61,287 bases of DNA from a virus (lineage: Duplodnaviria > Caudoviricetes): positions 1 to 61,287 of IMG/VR virus record IMGVR_UViG_3300050014_000138. One strand, written 5' to 3'. The position numbers and the translations under genes were made by a program. Positions 28,412 to 38,095 of this stretch are shown here, piece after piece. How positions within the stretch are numbered: position 1 is the stretch's first letter; each line of letters begins with the position of its first letter. The notes under the pieces are model-generated. The model saw nothing but the letters and a program-made list of their open reading frames with translations, did not search any database and had not been told where the DNA came from.

Positions 28412-30988
28412 ATGTATAAAAATATATTTCATGATAGAAAAACCGAAATGGTTTATTTATGGGATGATGAAGCTGGAATGATAAATATTCCATCATGCAA
28501 ACTACATTATGCATATCGTCGATGTGTCGGTGGAAAATATAAATCTCTTTACGGGGATGAACTTGAAAAGGTAACTAATTATGATGATAGAGATCCATCA
28601 TTATTTGAATCTGATGTAAGTATAGAGATGAAGTGCTTGATCGATGCTTACGGAGGTAATGATGAAGTTTCTAAGGGGCATAAAATAATTATAATCGATA
28701 TAGAAGTAAGCACCGAAGGAGGTTTTCCTGATATTATGGCAGGTGATAAAGCAATTACCGCAATTGCACTTTATGATCAAGCAGGAAGTAAATATTATCA
28801 GTTTGTTCTTGATCCAGATAAAAAGATTGTTAATAAAGACGAGAATGGGATTGATTTACGATCTTTTAAAAATGAAGAAAATTTATTGGAAGTATTTTTA
28901 AATAAGTGGGGAGAAATTAATCCAACGATCGTAACTGGATGGAATACTAATGGATTTGATATTCCATACATGTTTAATAGAATTCGTGCGGTTCTTGGGA
29001 AACAACAAGCATATAGATTATCTCCAATCAATATTGCCTATCAAAATAGGTTTAATAGGAAGATGGTTATTGCAGGAATTTCTTGTTTGGATTATATGGA
29101 TCTTTATAAGAAGTTCATTGGCGTTATGAAACCATCTTGGTCATTATCAAATGTGGCTAAAGATGAAGAATTAAAACATCAGAAAATAACGTATAAGGGT
29201 AGTTTAAATGATCTTTATAAGAATGATCTTCAACGATATGTTGAATACAATTTAATGGATGTGGAAGTTGTTGTAGAATTAGATAAGAAATATGATTTTA
29301 TTTATTTGGCAAGATCTGTTTGTCACAAGGGTCATGTTCCATATGAATGGTTTCAAATGTCTAGTAGGTTCATTGATGGTGCTATATTGGATTATTTACA
29401 TTCCAATAGTTTGATAGGTCCAAACAAACCAGTTGGTGGTCGAGAAGAGTATGAAGAGATGGAGAAAGAAGGAGAAGATGGGTTTACGGGTGCATATGTT
29501 AAAGAACCTATTCCAGGTTTATATGATTGGATATATTCTGTTGATATTACATCACTGTATCCTTCTGCCATTATGACGTTAAATATATCCAACGAAACGA
29601 AAGTTGGAAAGATTGAAGGATGGGATAAAATTGAATTTGATAAGGGGAATATCCCTATTGTTAGAGTATCCGATCACGCTTATACGTCTGATGAATTTAA
29701 GAAGATGATTGATAATTATACATTTTCAATCGCAAGTAGTGGTGCGGTATATCGTCAAGATGTTAAAGGTGTTATTCCAACTATTCTTGATACTTGGTTT
29801 TCAGAACGTGTTGAGTATCGTCAACTTGCACATAAGTTTGGTCAAGAAGGTGATAAAGAAAAAGAAGGATTTTATGATCGTCGTCAGAAGAGACAGAAAA
29901 TATTCTTAAACTCTGTGTATGGAGTAATGGGACTTCCTATTTTTAGATTCTATGATAGAGATAATGCCGAAGCAACAACTATTAGTGGTCAAACAATCAT
30001 TAAATCTGCCGAGAGGTTGGTTAATGATACATATTTACAAAAGTTTAAAGATAAGAATGTAGTTCCCAAGGAAGAATCATTTGTTAAATATATTGATACT
30101 GATTCGTTGTATATTTCTTCCCTTCCTCTTGCACAACTTGATGGTAATGTAACAGATATGACAAAGTTTTCGGTTGACTTATCATTAGAAATTTCTGATA
30201 AGATTAACCGATTCTATAAATATATGGTTCCTCGTATATTTAATGTTTCTCCAGAACATAATCGTATTAAAATTGTTCCCGATGTAATTGCCAAGAAAGC
30301 ACTTTGGGTTGCTAAAAAGCGATATGCCATGCTTAAAGTGTATGACATGGAAAAAAATAAAGCAGTCAAAGATAAAGCTGGCAATGAAGGTAAACTTGAG
30401 GTAAAAGGTATTGATACAGTCAGGTCTAGTTTTCCAAGTGCGTTTAGAAAGTTTGCAGGAGAAATATTGGATCAGTTGCTTCGGGGTGTTCCTCGTGAAA
30501 TATTGGACGAGAAAATTATGAAATTTGAAGAGACTATAGACAGTCATAGTATATTTGATATGTCCAAAACTAGTTCTGCAAAATTTGTGTCAAAAGATGG
30601 AGAAAAAAATTATAATCCTCCAGGAAGACATATTTTTCAATTTGTGCAAGGGTCTCCACCTCAAGTTAAAGCAGCGTTAGCATACAACGATTTTCTTAAG
30701 GTTTGGAAGTTGGATAAAACGATTGAAAAAATTGAAAATGGAGCAAAAGTAAAATGGACATATTTATTGCCTAATGATTTTAATGTTGAACAATTAGCAA
30801 TGAAAGCAGATGATACTGACCCAGATCAAATATTGGAATTTGTTACAACTCATATTGATCGCCGTAAAGTATATGATAGAGAATTGCACAGTAAATTGGA
30901 AGAAATCTATACTGTGGTAGGTTGGCATTATCCAAATCGTGGATCTCAATTAGCATCAAAAACATTTAATTTTGATGAAGTTTGGTAA
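28412..30988 (+). CDS. polB: Family B DNA polymerase (T4 gp43-like)
   Basis: ExoI DIE, ExoII GWN..GFDIPY, ExoIII YN..DV; DITSLYPS, KIFLNSVYG, YIDTDS, KKRY, VKG. Confidence 0.96.
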   Translation: MYKNIFHDRKTEMVYLWDDEAGMINIPSCKLHYAYRRCVGGKYKSLYGDELEKVTNYDDRDPSLFESDVSIEMKCLIDAYGGNDEVSKGHKIIIIDIEVSTEGGFPDIMAGDKAITAIALYDQAGSKYYQFVLDPDKKIVNKDENGIDLRSFKNEENLLEVFLNKWGEINPTIVTGWNTNGFDIPYMFNRIRAVLGKQQAYRLSPINIAYQNRFNRKMVIAGISCLDYMDLYKKFIGVMKPSWSLSNVAKDEELKHQKITYKGSLNDLYKNDLQRYVEYNLMDVEVVVELDKKYDFIYLARSVCHKGHVPYEWFQMSSRFIDGAILDYLHSNSLIGPNKPVGGREEYEEMEKEGEDGFTGAYVKEPIPGLYDWIYSVDITSLYPSAIMTLNISNETKVGKIEGWDKIEFDKGNIPIVRVSDHAYTSDEFKKMIDNYTFSIASSGAVYRQDVKGVIPTILDTWFSERVEYRQLAHKFGQEGDKEKEGFYDRRQKRQKIFLNSVYGVMGLPIFRFYDRDNAEATTISGQTIIKSAERLVNDTYLQKFKDKNVVPKEESFVKYIDTDSLYISSLPLAQLDGNVTDMTKFSVDLSLEISDKINRFYKYMVPRIFNVSPEHNRIKIVPDVIAKKALWVAKKRYAMLKVYDMEKNKAVKDKAGNEGKLEVKGIDTVRSSFPSAFRKFAGEILDQLLRGVPREILDEKIMKFEETIDSHSIFDMSKTSSAKFVSKDGEKNYNPPGRHIFQFVQGSPPQVKAALAYNDFLKVWKLDKTIEKIENGAKVKWTYLLPNDFNVEQLAMKADDTDPDQILEFVTTHIDRRKVYDRELHSKLEEIYTVVGWHYPNRGSQLASKTFNFDEVW

Positions 30989-31012
30989 AATTATATAATT
31001 TTTAGTAAAAAT

Positions 31013-31453
31013 ATGAAAATTAAAAGAGAAATAAAATTTAGAGTGTGGGATAATGGTTCTGATTGTTGGATTACTTCTGATTCTACCGATTGGGTTGGAA
31101 CTGGTATTGGTAACGTGGGAAGTGCGGATGAACAACCTTGGAAATGTATGTCTTTCAAGGGAGAAATAATGTCAAATGATAACATGGGTGGATTTGTTGA
31201 TTCTAACCAAAAAGATTACATTATTCAACAATTCATTGGATTAAAAGATGTAAATGGAAAAGACATTTTTGAGGGAGATATTATTGAAAATCAAGCGGGA
31301 AGAAAGTTTTTAGTTGAATACGTTTATAACGGATACCAATATAAAGAGATTAATAAAAATAAACCAGAGAGTGATTGGATTTATATTTCATCTATTGGGG
31401 ATGAAAGTTTATGTAATGTAGTGGGAAATATTTTTGAGAATAATAAATTATGA
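31013..31453 (+). CDS. YopX family protein
   Basis: REIKFRVWD; QFIGLKD.NGKDIFEGDI; VVGNIFEN. Confidence 0.85.
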   Translation: MKIKREIKFRVWDNGSDCWITSDSTDWVGTGIGNVGSADEQPWKCMSFKGEIMSNDNMGGFVDSNQKDYIIQQFIGLKDVNGKDIFEGDIIENQAGRKFLVEYVYNGYQYKEINKNKPESDWIYISSIGDESLCNVVGNIFENNKL

Positions 31454-31674
31454 AAACATATATCGTTAATATAGAAACCAGAAAAAATGATAGAGATGAC
31501 GTACTTGGTCCTTATAGAACGTTTGAAAAGGCGAAAGAAGCAATGCGGGAACATTTGGATTTGTGGACAGATGAAGAATTGGAATCATATAAAGAATATG
31601 ACTCTGATTTTAATAAAGGATGTATATACACCGAGGAAGAAAGTATTGAAATTATAGAGCGAGAGATGGAATAA
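31450..31674 (+). CDS. Hypothetical acidic protein
   Basis: ATGA-coupled ORF. Confidence 0.6.
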   Translation: MKTYIVNIETRKNDRDDVLGPYRTFEKAKEAMREHLDLWTDEELESYKEYDSDFNKGCIYTEEESIEIIEREME

Positions 31675-31686
31675 ATAAAGGATAAT

Positions 31687-32271
31687 ATGATGACTGGAAG
31701 TTTTGATGATAATAGTTCTAATACCAAGAAACCTAAAGAATATGTTAGAGCATATTTTGAACGACTTGGGTATGAAGTGGATTTGGATTTTAATTTAGCA
31801 TTGGATCAAGAATGGTGGCAAATAATGCGTGATGGGAAACTCATTGTTCAAATTGATAAGGGTGTACCATTGGACGATATAGTAATGGATATTTGTCAAT
31901 TTCATCAAGGTAAACTTGGTATAAGTAAATCGGATTATGAACTACGTGGTCCCGATAGTCCTGAGATGACGGAGTTATTTAAAAAAGTATATGATGATAT
32001 TATAAAATGTGAGGTATGTGGAAAAATAGCAGTTTGGCATGACCAAGCATATCCAGATATAGACGAAATTACTGCTGCGTGTGATGAACATCTTCCGTTT
32101 TGTGGTCATGAAAATTGTATTAGATTTTCTGAATGGGATGTTTTTGGTAAACGTTCCAGTACTTGTTTTCACAGAACTTGGAGATATAATGATGCTGGAT
32201 GGTATAATACAAAAGATAGTTGTGTATGCCCAATTGGACAAATTTATGGGTTACAATCAAAACCATTTTAA
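31687..32271 (+). CDS. Hypothetical protein, Cys-rich C-terminus
   Basis: AGGA RBS; CEVCG, CDEH, CVCP. Confidence 0.55.
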   Translation: MMTGSFDDNSSNTKKPKEYVRAYFERLGYEVDLDFNLALDQEWWQIMRDGKLIVQIDKGVPLDDIVMDICQFHQGKLGISKSDYELRGPDSPEMTELFKKVYDDIIKCEVCGKIAVWHDQAYPDIDEITAACDEHLPFCGHENCIRFSEWDVFGKRSSTCFHRTWRYNDAGWYNTKDSCVCPIGQIYGLQSKPF

Positions 32272-32329
32272 AATAAATAGACAAATGATATAGGTGTGAT
32301 AGAATATACACACATTATAGGAATATTAC

Positions 32330-33073
32330 ATGAAAAAAGAAGTATTACAGACATTTATTCGCCGTTACACTTTAGGTGGAGAGATTAATAAAGTAAAGTG
32401 GAAATATAACGCTACTGACAAAACTTTGCATACTCGTGCTGCGATTGATAATCGTAGTTTTGTTGCAGATGTGATAATGAATGATTTTAGTGATCTAGGA
32501 GCAGAAGATGTTATAATTTGTATCGGTGATACTGGAAAAGTAAAATTAATGTTAACTCCTTTTGGGGAAGACGTTACATTAGCAATTAACAAAAGTGGTG
32601 ACAGAATTCTTGGATTTACTGTTTCAGATTCGGATTGTGAAAGTTATTGTACCGCTGCTGATCCAACATCTATAGATCCTATAGCAAAGAATTTACAGGA
32701 TGTCCCTGAATATCATGTTGTTATTCCACTCACCGAGGAGTTTTTAGATAAGTTTTTAAAAGCGAGATCTGCACTTCAGGATGTTGATTCTTTTTCGGTT
32801 GGAATGAATAAAAAGGGAATATTTGAAGTTGTAATGGGATATACTACCGCAAATTCTAATAGAATTAGAATAACTCCAGTTACAGAACCAGATAAAAACA
32901 AATTGGATGGAGCATTGGCGTTTCCAATTAAGAATTTAGTTGAAATTTTTAAAGTTAATTCAGATATTACTGGAGGAACATTGTCAATTAATAGTGCGGG
33001 TATTATTAGATTGTATTTTAAAAATGATAAATATACCTGTACATTTTATCAATTTTGTAATAAAAAAGCTTAA
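32330..33073 (+). CDS. Putative DNA polymerase sliding clamp (gp45/PCNA-like)
   Basis: 247 aa, alternating beta/alpha two-domain pattern; lies between polB and the clamp loader. Confidence 0.65.
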   Translation: MKKEVLQTFIRRYTLGGEINKVKWKYNATDKTLHTRAAIDNRSFVADVIMNDFSDLGAEDVIICIGDTGKVKLMLTPFGEDVTLAINKSGDRILGFTVSDSDCESYCTAADPTSIDPIAKNLQDVPEYHVVIPLTEEFLDKFLKARSALQDVDSFSVGMNKKGIFEVVMGYTTANSNRIRITPVTEPDKNKLDGALAFPIKNLVEIFKVNSDITGGTLSINSAGIIRLYFKNDKYTCTFYQFCNKKA

Positions 33074-33078
33074 AATAT

Positions 33079-33432
33079 ATGATAGCATTTACAAAAAGTT
33101 ATAAAACATCGGACGATAAAGTTTTTGGTGACATTAAACATGCACAATTACATGAATTGGAACTTGTAATTAAAAAACATCCAACATTTAAATTAAATGG
33201 AGCAACTGGTGAATTGCCCGAGACAGTTGTGGCTGGTATATTACTTGATTGCAAAGATGTTATTATGGATATTCTTACAACCACTGCTAATAGTAAACCA
33301 AAAGCAAGAGTTGTTAATGGTGGATCCAAGAAAAGACCATCTAAAACAGTTATAACAGATGCAAATACATCTGTACAGTCAATCACCAATGCAATGACTA
33401 CACCAAATAGTATTCCAACTACCGTTGTATAA
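33079..33432 (+). CDS. Hypothetical protein
   Basis: 117-aa ORF in replication operon. Confidence 0.6.
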   Translation: MIAFTKSYKTSDDKVFGDIKHAQLHELELVIKKHPTFKLNGATGELPETVVAGILLDCKDVIMDILTTTANSKPKARVVNGGSKKRPSKTVITDANTSVQSITNAMTTPNSIPTTVV

Positions 33433-33438
33433 TTTATT

Positions 33439-34122
33439 ATGTTTAAAATTGAAATGGAAGAAAAAGAAACTCCGATTCAATCTACGCTTTGGGCGGAAAA
33501 ATACCGCCCAAATCAATTAGATGATTTTGTCGGAAATAGTGTAATAATGGAATCAATTAAATTGTGGATTGAAAAAAAAGACATACCACAAGTTTTTTTG
33601 TTTGGTTCTCCTGGATGTGGTAAAACGAGTCTGGCGAAAATCCTTATTAAACATATTCCTTGTGATGTATTGTTTCTTAATGCGTCCGATGAAAACTCAG
33701 TAGATATAATGCGAAATAAGGTTCAAGATTTCGCTATGACAATGGGAATGGAACCTTTAAAAATTATCATACTGGATGAATGTTTAGATGAAAATACTAT
33801 TATATGGGTATTACGAGATGGAAAAGAACAAGGAATCCCCATAAAAGATGTTAACTCGAATGATGATTTAGTTAAATCATTAAATATAGATCAGAATAGA
33901 ATAGAGTGGAGACCTTTTTATTTAATAAATCAAGGGGAGAAAGAAGTGTATGAAATTGAATTTAATAATGGAGAAGTTGTTATATGTACTGATACACATA
34001 AGTGGTATGTAAAAGATGATAATGATAAAATTATTCGTGTTAAAACGATTGATTTAATCCGTGGTAAATATAACTCTATTCTAACAACAGAAGAAAATCG
34101 GATGATTTCCGAATCTCAATGA
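33439..34122 (+). CDS. Clamp loader ATPase (gp44/RFC-small) N-extein + split intein N-fragment
   Basis: WAEKYRP, GSPGCGKTS, LNASD, IIILDE, then intein block A CLDENT (from 33781) and block B CTDTHKW. Confidence 0.93.
   Translation: MFKIEMEEKETPIQSTLWAEKYRPNQLDDFVGNSVIMESIKLWIEKKDIPQVFLFGSPGCGKTSLAKILIKHIPCDVLFLNASDENSVDIMRNKVQDFAMTMGMEPLKIIILDECLDENTIIWVLRDGKEQGIPIKDVNSNDDLVKSLNIDQNRIEWRPFYLINQGEKEVYEIEFNNGEVVICTDTHKWYVKDDNDKIIRVKTIDLIRGKYNSILTTEENRMISESQ
33781..34119 (+). mobile_element. Split intein N-fragment (IntN, 113 aa)
   Basis: Cys1; G.KEVYEIEF..G..V.CTDTH Hint motifs; stops without blocks F/G. Confidence 0.9.
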
Positions 34123-35075
34123 TATTTATTATTATGAATAATAAATCTAGATATCATAGACAATTTTTTTCGGATTGTGAGATACAATATTTGGTAGAAA
34201 AATATAGGGGTGGGGTTAAATGGAAATCGTTATGGAATGAAACAATATTTGATTCCGAATATAAATGGAGAAATGATATTATTAGACATATGGATAATTT
34301 GTCGTGTAATAAATTTTTTTATGAATTAGAATTTCCACTGTTTTGTAAACATTGTGGAATTAGATTGTTGGAAAGTTCATATTGTTATGGAGGTAAATGG
34401 AAAGGAGCAGATAAAGGATTTCATAAATATTGTCCTTTATGTGAGTCTAAATGTGTTTGGAAATCTATAATAAAATCTTCACAGGAATGTGAAAATATAT
34501 CTAATGGATTAAAAAAATGGGCTAAAACATCCGAAGGTAAAAATTATTATAAATTAAGAGGTAACGCAAATAGTCAATTTATGAAAGATTTTTCCCTCAG
34601 TGTTAATGGAAAAAAAATTAAAAAACAAGCATCCAAAAAACAATCCATCACAATGCGAGAAAAAATTAAAAACGGAGAATTTACTCCTAATATAACTAAT
34701 TCGTGGACACATTGGGATGCAAAAATAAAAATTGATGGTAAAATAAAAAAATTCAGAAGTTCGTGGGAAGCTTGTTTTTATATATGCAATTCTAATTTAA
34801 AATATGAAATGTTAAGAATTCCATATGGTGATAAAATTTATATTGCGGATTTTTATGATGAAAAAAATAGAATTTTATACGAATTGAAACCAAGAGCATC
34901 ATATAATACACAAATAAAAAAAATAACCGAAATTATAGAATATTGTAAAGAAAATGGAATAATATTTAAATGGATTAATGAAAATAACATTTTGAAATAT
35001 ATTGATTCTTCCAAAATTAACGGATATAATAGGAAACAGTATAATAAGATGATGCGAGGATTAAAATATGTATGA
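34119..35075 (+). mobile_element. Free-standing PD-(D/E)XK (TnsA-like) endonuclease between the intein halves
   Basis: FRSSWE, YE...IPY, YIADFYD, YELKP; N-terminal CxxC; overlaps both flanking ORFs; alternative start 34134. Confidence 0.8.
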
Positions 35076-35799
35076 ATTAAAAATAAAATCTATTAAAAAA
35101 TCTGGAATTAGGAAAACGTTGGATATATCGGTAGATGGAACTCATAATTTTTTTATTGGTAAGTCTAAAATATTAACATCTAATTGTGATCGTCTCACAC
35201 CCGAAGCACAATGTTGTATGCGTAATCTTACTGAAACATATTCACAATCAACGAGGTTTATTTTAACCGCAAATTATCAAGAGAAAATAATACCTGCAAT
35301 TAAATCAAGGTTTCAAAGTTTTGAGATTAAACCTCCTTCTAAAGCTGAAGTGATGAAACATCTGGTTAAAGTATTAAATAAGGAAAATATTAAATATAAA
35401 CCAGAAGATGTGGCATTCATTGTATCATCATATTTCCCTGATATGAGAAAAATAATTAATTTTTCTCAACAATCATCTATCAATGGTGAATTGAAGATTG
35501 CCAAAGCTAATTCAGCAGATCATGATTTTAAGACGAAATTGATTGAATTACTTAAAACTCCTAGTAAAGCGGGTATATTCACCGAGATTAGACAACTTGT
35601 TGCTGATGCATCGTTTTCTAATTATGAAGAAGTATATAAATATCTTTTCGATCATGTTAATGAATATGCCCCAAATAAAGCACCCGAAGTCATTTTACAT
35701 CTTGCAGACGCAGTATATCAATCTGCTCTTGTATTTGAACGTGAAATTACATTTGTAGCAGCAATGCACAAGTTATTAACGGTATTGAATAGTAAATAA
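35068..35799 (+). CDS. Split intein C-fragment (39 aa) + clamp loader C-extein
   Basis: KIKSIKK..., block F LDISVDGTHNFF, block G ILTSN|C (35184|35185); then CDRLTPEAQ, FILTAN, IKSR, DMRK. Confidence 0.93.
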   Translation: MYELKIKSIKKSGIRKTLDISVDGTHNFFIGKSKILTSNCDRLTPEAQCCMRNLTETYSQSTRFILTANYQEKIIPAIKSRFQSFEIKPPSKAEVMKHLVKVLNKENIKYKPEDVAFIVSSYFPDMRKIINFSQQSSINGELKIAKANSADHDFKTKLIELLKTPSKAGIFTEIRQLVADASFSNYEEVYKYLFDHVNEYAPNKAPEVILHLADAVYQSALVFEREITFVAAMHKLLTVLNSK

Positions 35800-35800
35800 T

Positions 35801-36013
35801 ATGAAATGTATAAAATGTGGGAAAGAACCAAGTTGGTGGCAACCTCAGTGGATTAGAGTATGTGATTGTTCTCAAGGAGTTGCAACATCCGAATTAGATG
35901 AAATTCAATTCGATGAGTTAAGTGACGAAGATTATATCATGATATCAGATATAAGTAAAAAATCTTCATTGAAAGTTTCACTTGCAACTCTCAAAAAATT
36001 TATAAAAAGTTGA
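35801..36013 (+). CDS. Small Cys-containing hypothetical protein
   Basis: CIKC...CDC. Confidence 0.5.
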   Translation: MKCIKCGKEPSWWQPQWIRVCDCSQGVATSELDEIQFDELSDEDYIMISDISKKSSLKVSLATLKKFIKS

Positions 36014-36037
36014 CCTTTAGAATAAAACTGATATAAT
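36010..36037 (+). promoter_or_regulatory. sigma70-like promoter with extended -10
   Basis: TTGACC-16-TATAAT preceded by TGn. Confidence 0.55.
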
Positions 36038-36060
36038 GATAATAAGAATAGGAAATATAT

Positions 36061-36291
36061 ATGACACAACAACAAATTTTAAATGAAACAGTTAGAGAAT
36101 TCGGTCGTAAAGAATGGTTTAGAGATGCGACCGTTTATGATAAACATCCAGACAGTGGAGAAGCTACATTGGAATTTAAAGTTAATTATGTTCCATTGTT
36201 TGAGCGAACCGAAGTGAAAACATTCTGCTTACGGTTTGGATTGGCAGATAGGTTCCTCGTAGTTGATCGCAATGGAAAACCCGCACAATAA
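36061..36291 (+). CDS. Hypothetical protein
   Basis: 76-aa ORF with promoter and AGGA RBS. Confidence 0.6.
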   Translation: MTQQQILNETVREFGRKEWFRDATVYDKHPDSGEATLEFKVNYVPLFERTEVKTFCLRFGLADRFLVVDRNGKPAQ

Positions 36292-36332
36292 TAAAGTATA
36301 TTCTATTGCATATGACCAATATGTATGGGTAT

Positions 36333-37094
36333 ATGAAATACAAAATATACAAATTACAAAATAAGATAAATGGAAAAATTTATATTGGTAAAACTAAACG
36401 ATCTATTGTAGCGAGGATGAAGGATCATAGAAATAGTAAATGTTGTATTTATCTTTATAATGCGTTGAAAAAATATGGAGAAGATGGATTCGATATAAAC
36501 ATTATTTACGAGACTGATAATGAGGATGATATATGTCGAAAAGAAAAAGAATATATTTTACAATATAATTCATTAGTTCCGAATGGATATAATTTAGTAT
36601 TGGATACAGATCAAGGACGAACATTTCATAGTTCTACCAAACAATTAATGAGTAATAATACTCAAGGTGGTTGTAAAACTGTTAAAATATGGTCTAAGTA
36701 TATTGGTGTTAGATCTCGTAAAAATAGCAAATTATATTCTGTTAGAGTTACTAAAAATCAAAAAACATACTTCCATTATTATACTAACGAGTTAGATGCG
36801 GCGAAGGCATATGATAAAGTTGTTTTGTATTTATATGGATTAAATGCTAAATTAAATTTTCCAGAGAAGTTTGAAATATATAAAACTATTAATTTAAAAG
36901 AATTTTTTTGTGAATTTTGTAAAAAACATACAAAAACATCGAAATATATAGGTGTATCTAAAATGTCTTATTATGAAAATTCTCCTTGGAGAGCATATGT
37001 TTATAAAGATAAAAAACAAATAAATTTAGGAATATATAAAACAGAAAAAGAGGCTTATGACGCAAGAAAAAAATATAATGATAAAATCAAATAA
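36333..37094 (+). mobile_element. GIY-YIG homing endonuclease with two AP2-like domains
   Basis: IYKLQN..NGKIYIGKT, E..YI, NGYN; two SKYIGV...(E.DAAKAYD / E.EAYDAR) AP2 repeats. Confidence 0.88.
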
Positions 37095-37629
37095 AAATGT
37101 GTTGGAAAAAACAAAAACATATTTGTGCGGAGCAATGCAATATAAAAATGGAGAAGAGTGGAGAAATATAATAACGAAACAATTAAATAAAGTTGGAATA
37201 ATAGTTTTTAATCCATATGATAAGCCGTTTTTAAAAGATATCCAGGAAGGAGATGTTACACGACATAATTTATTGAATCTGATGGATAAAGAAGAATATG
37301 ACGAGGTAGAAATTAAAATGCGAGAAATACGATATTATGATTTAAACCTTGTAGATAGATCCGATTTCATTATTGCGAATATAAATCCATCTGTTCCAAC
37401 GTTTGGATCTATAGAAGAATTGACAACTGCCGTGAGAATGAAGAAACCAATATTTTTATCAATAGAAGGATCAAAACGAAAATGTCCTCTATGGTTAATG
37501 GGAATGATACCACATAAATATATCTATGATAATATGGATGATATGATGGAAATGATAATGAAAATTAATAGTGGAGAACAAAAAATAGACTCTAATAGAT
37601 GGAGACTATTAAAAAAACAATATCGATAA
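37078..37629 (+). CDS. Nucleoside 2-deoxyribosyltransferase/nucleotide N-hydrolase-like
   Basis: YLCGAM, WR, FNPY, DL.LVDRSD, GSIEEL. Confidence 0.75.
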   Translation: MIKSNKNVLEKTKTYLCGAMQYKNGEEWRNIITKQLNKVGIIVFNPYDKPFLKDIQEGDVTRHNLLNLMDKEEYDEVEIKMREIRYYDLNLVDRSDFIIANINPSVPTFGSIEELTTAVRMKKPIFLSIEGSKRKCPLWLMGMIPHKYIYDNMDDMMEMIMKINSGEQKIDSNRWRLLKKQYR

Positions 37630-37654
37630 ACGATACAAACGAAAACTATAAATT

Positions 37655-37927
37655 ATGCCATATATACAACCAGACCATAGAGTAAGATTTGATGTTCCCA
37701 TTGCCGATGTTATAAAAGAACTAACGGACGGCGGGGCAGAAGCAATTAATGTTGGAGAATTAAATTATGTTATGTCCTCTATTATATGGGGAATATTTGA
37801 TAAAAAACCATCATATACCCTTGGCAATAATCTAATTGGAGTTTTAGAATGTGTTAAACAAGAATTTGTAAGACGCAGACTAAATGATTACGAAAATACA
37901 AAAATAGTAGAAAATGGTGATTTATGA
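37655..37927 (+). CDS. Conserved phage protein (DUF6899-like)
   Basis: MPYI...GELNY...GVLECVKQEF.RR...YE..KI.ENGD. Confidence 0.6.
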   Translation: MPYIQPDHRVRFDVPIADVIKELTDGGAEAINVGELNYVMSSIIWGIFDKKPSYTLGNNLIGVLECVKQEFVRRRLNDYENTKIVENGDL

Positions 37928-38073
37928 ATGATTTTACAATAAGTTTTCCAGGTAAAAGTGCTATTATATATTCCCATCTTCAACTATTAGAATTTGGTTT
38001 TAATATAAAATTTAGTGTATCAACATACGATAATGATGATGTTTGGATAGATACTATTATATCTGTAATTTGA
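37924..38073 (+). CDS. Small hypothetical protein (49 aa), not in ORF track
   Basis: ATGA-coupled to upstream gene. Confidence 0.4.
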   Translation: MNDFTISFPGKSAIIYSHLQLLEFGFNIKFSVSTYDNDDVWIDTIISVI

Positions 38074-38095
38074 TGTGGTATGATAGTTATTCAAT

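Noticed and set aside
28412-35799. Archaeal or NCLDV origin because of PolB, clamp and RFC
   Set aside because: The gp62-like subunit, YopX, sigma70 promoters, ATGA-coupled operons, lipoprotein and cUUCGg terminator fit a bacteriophage better.
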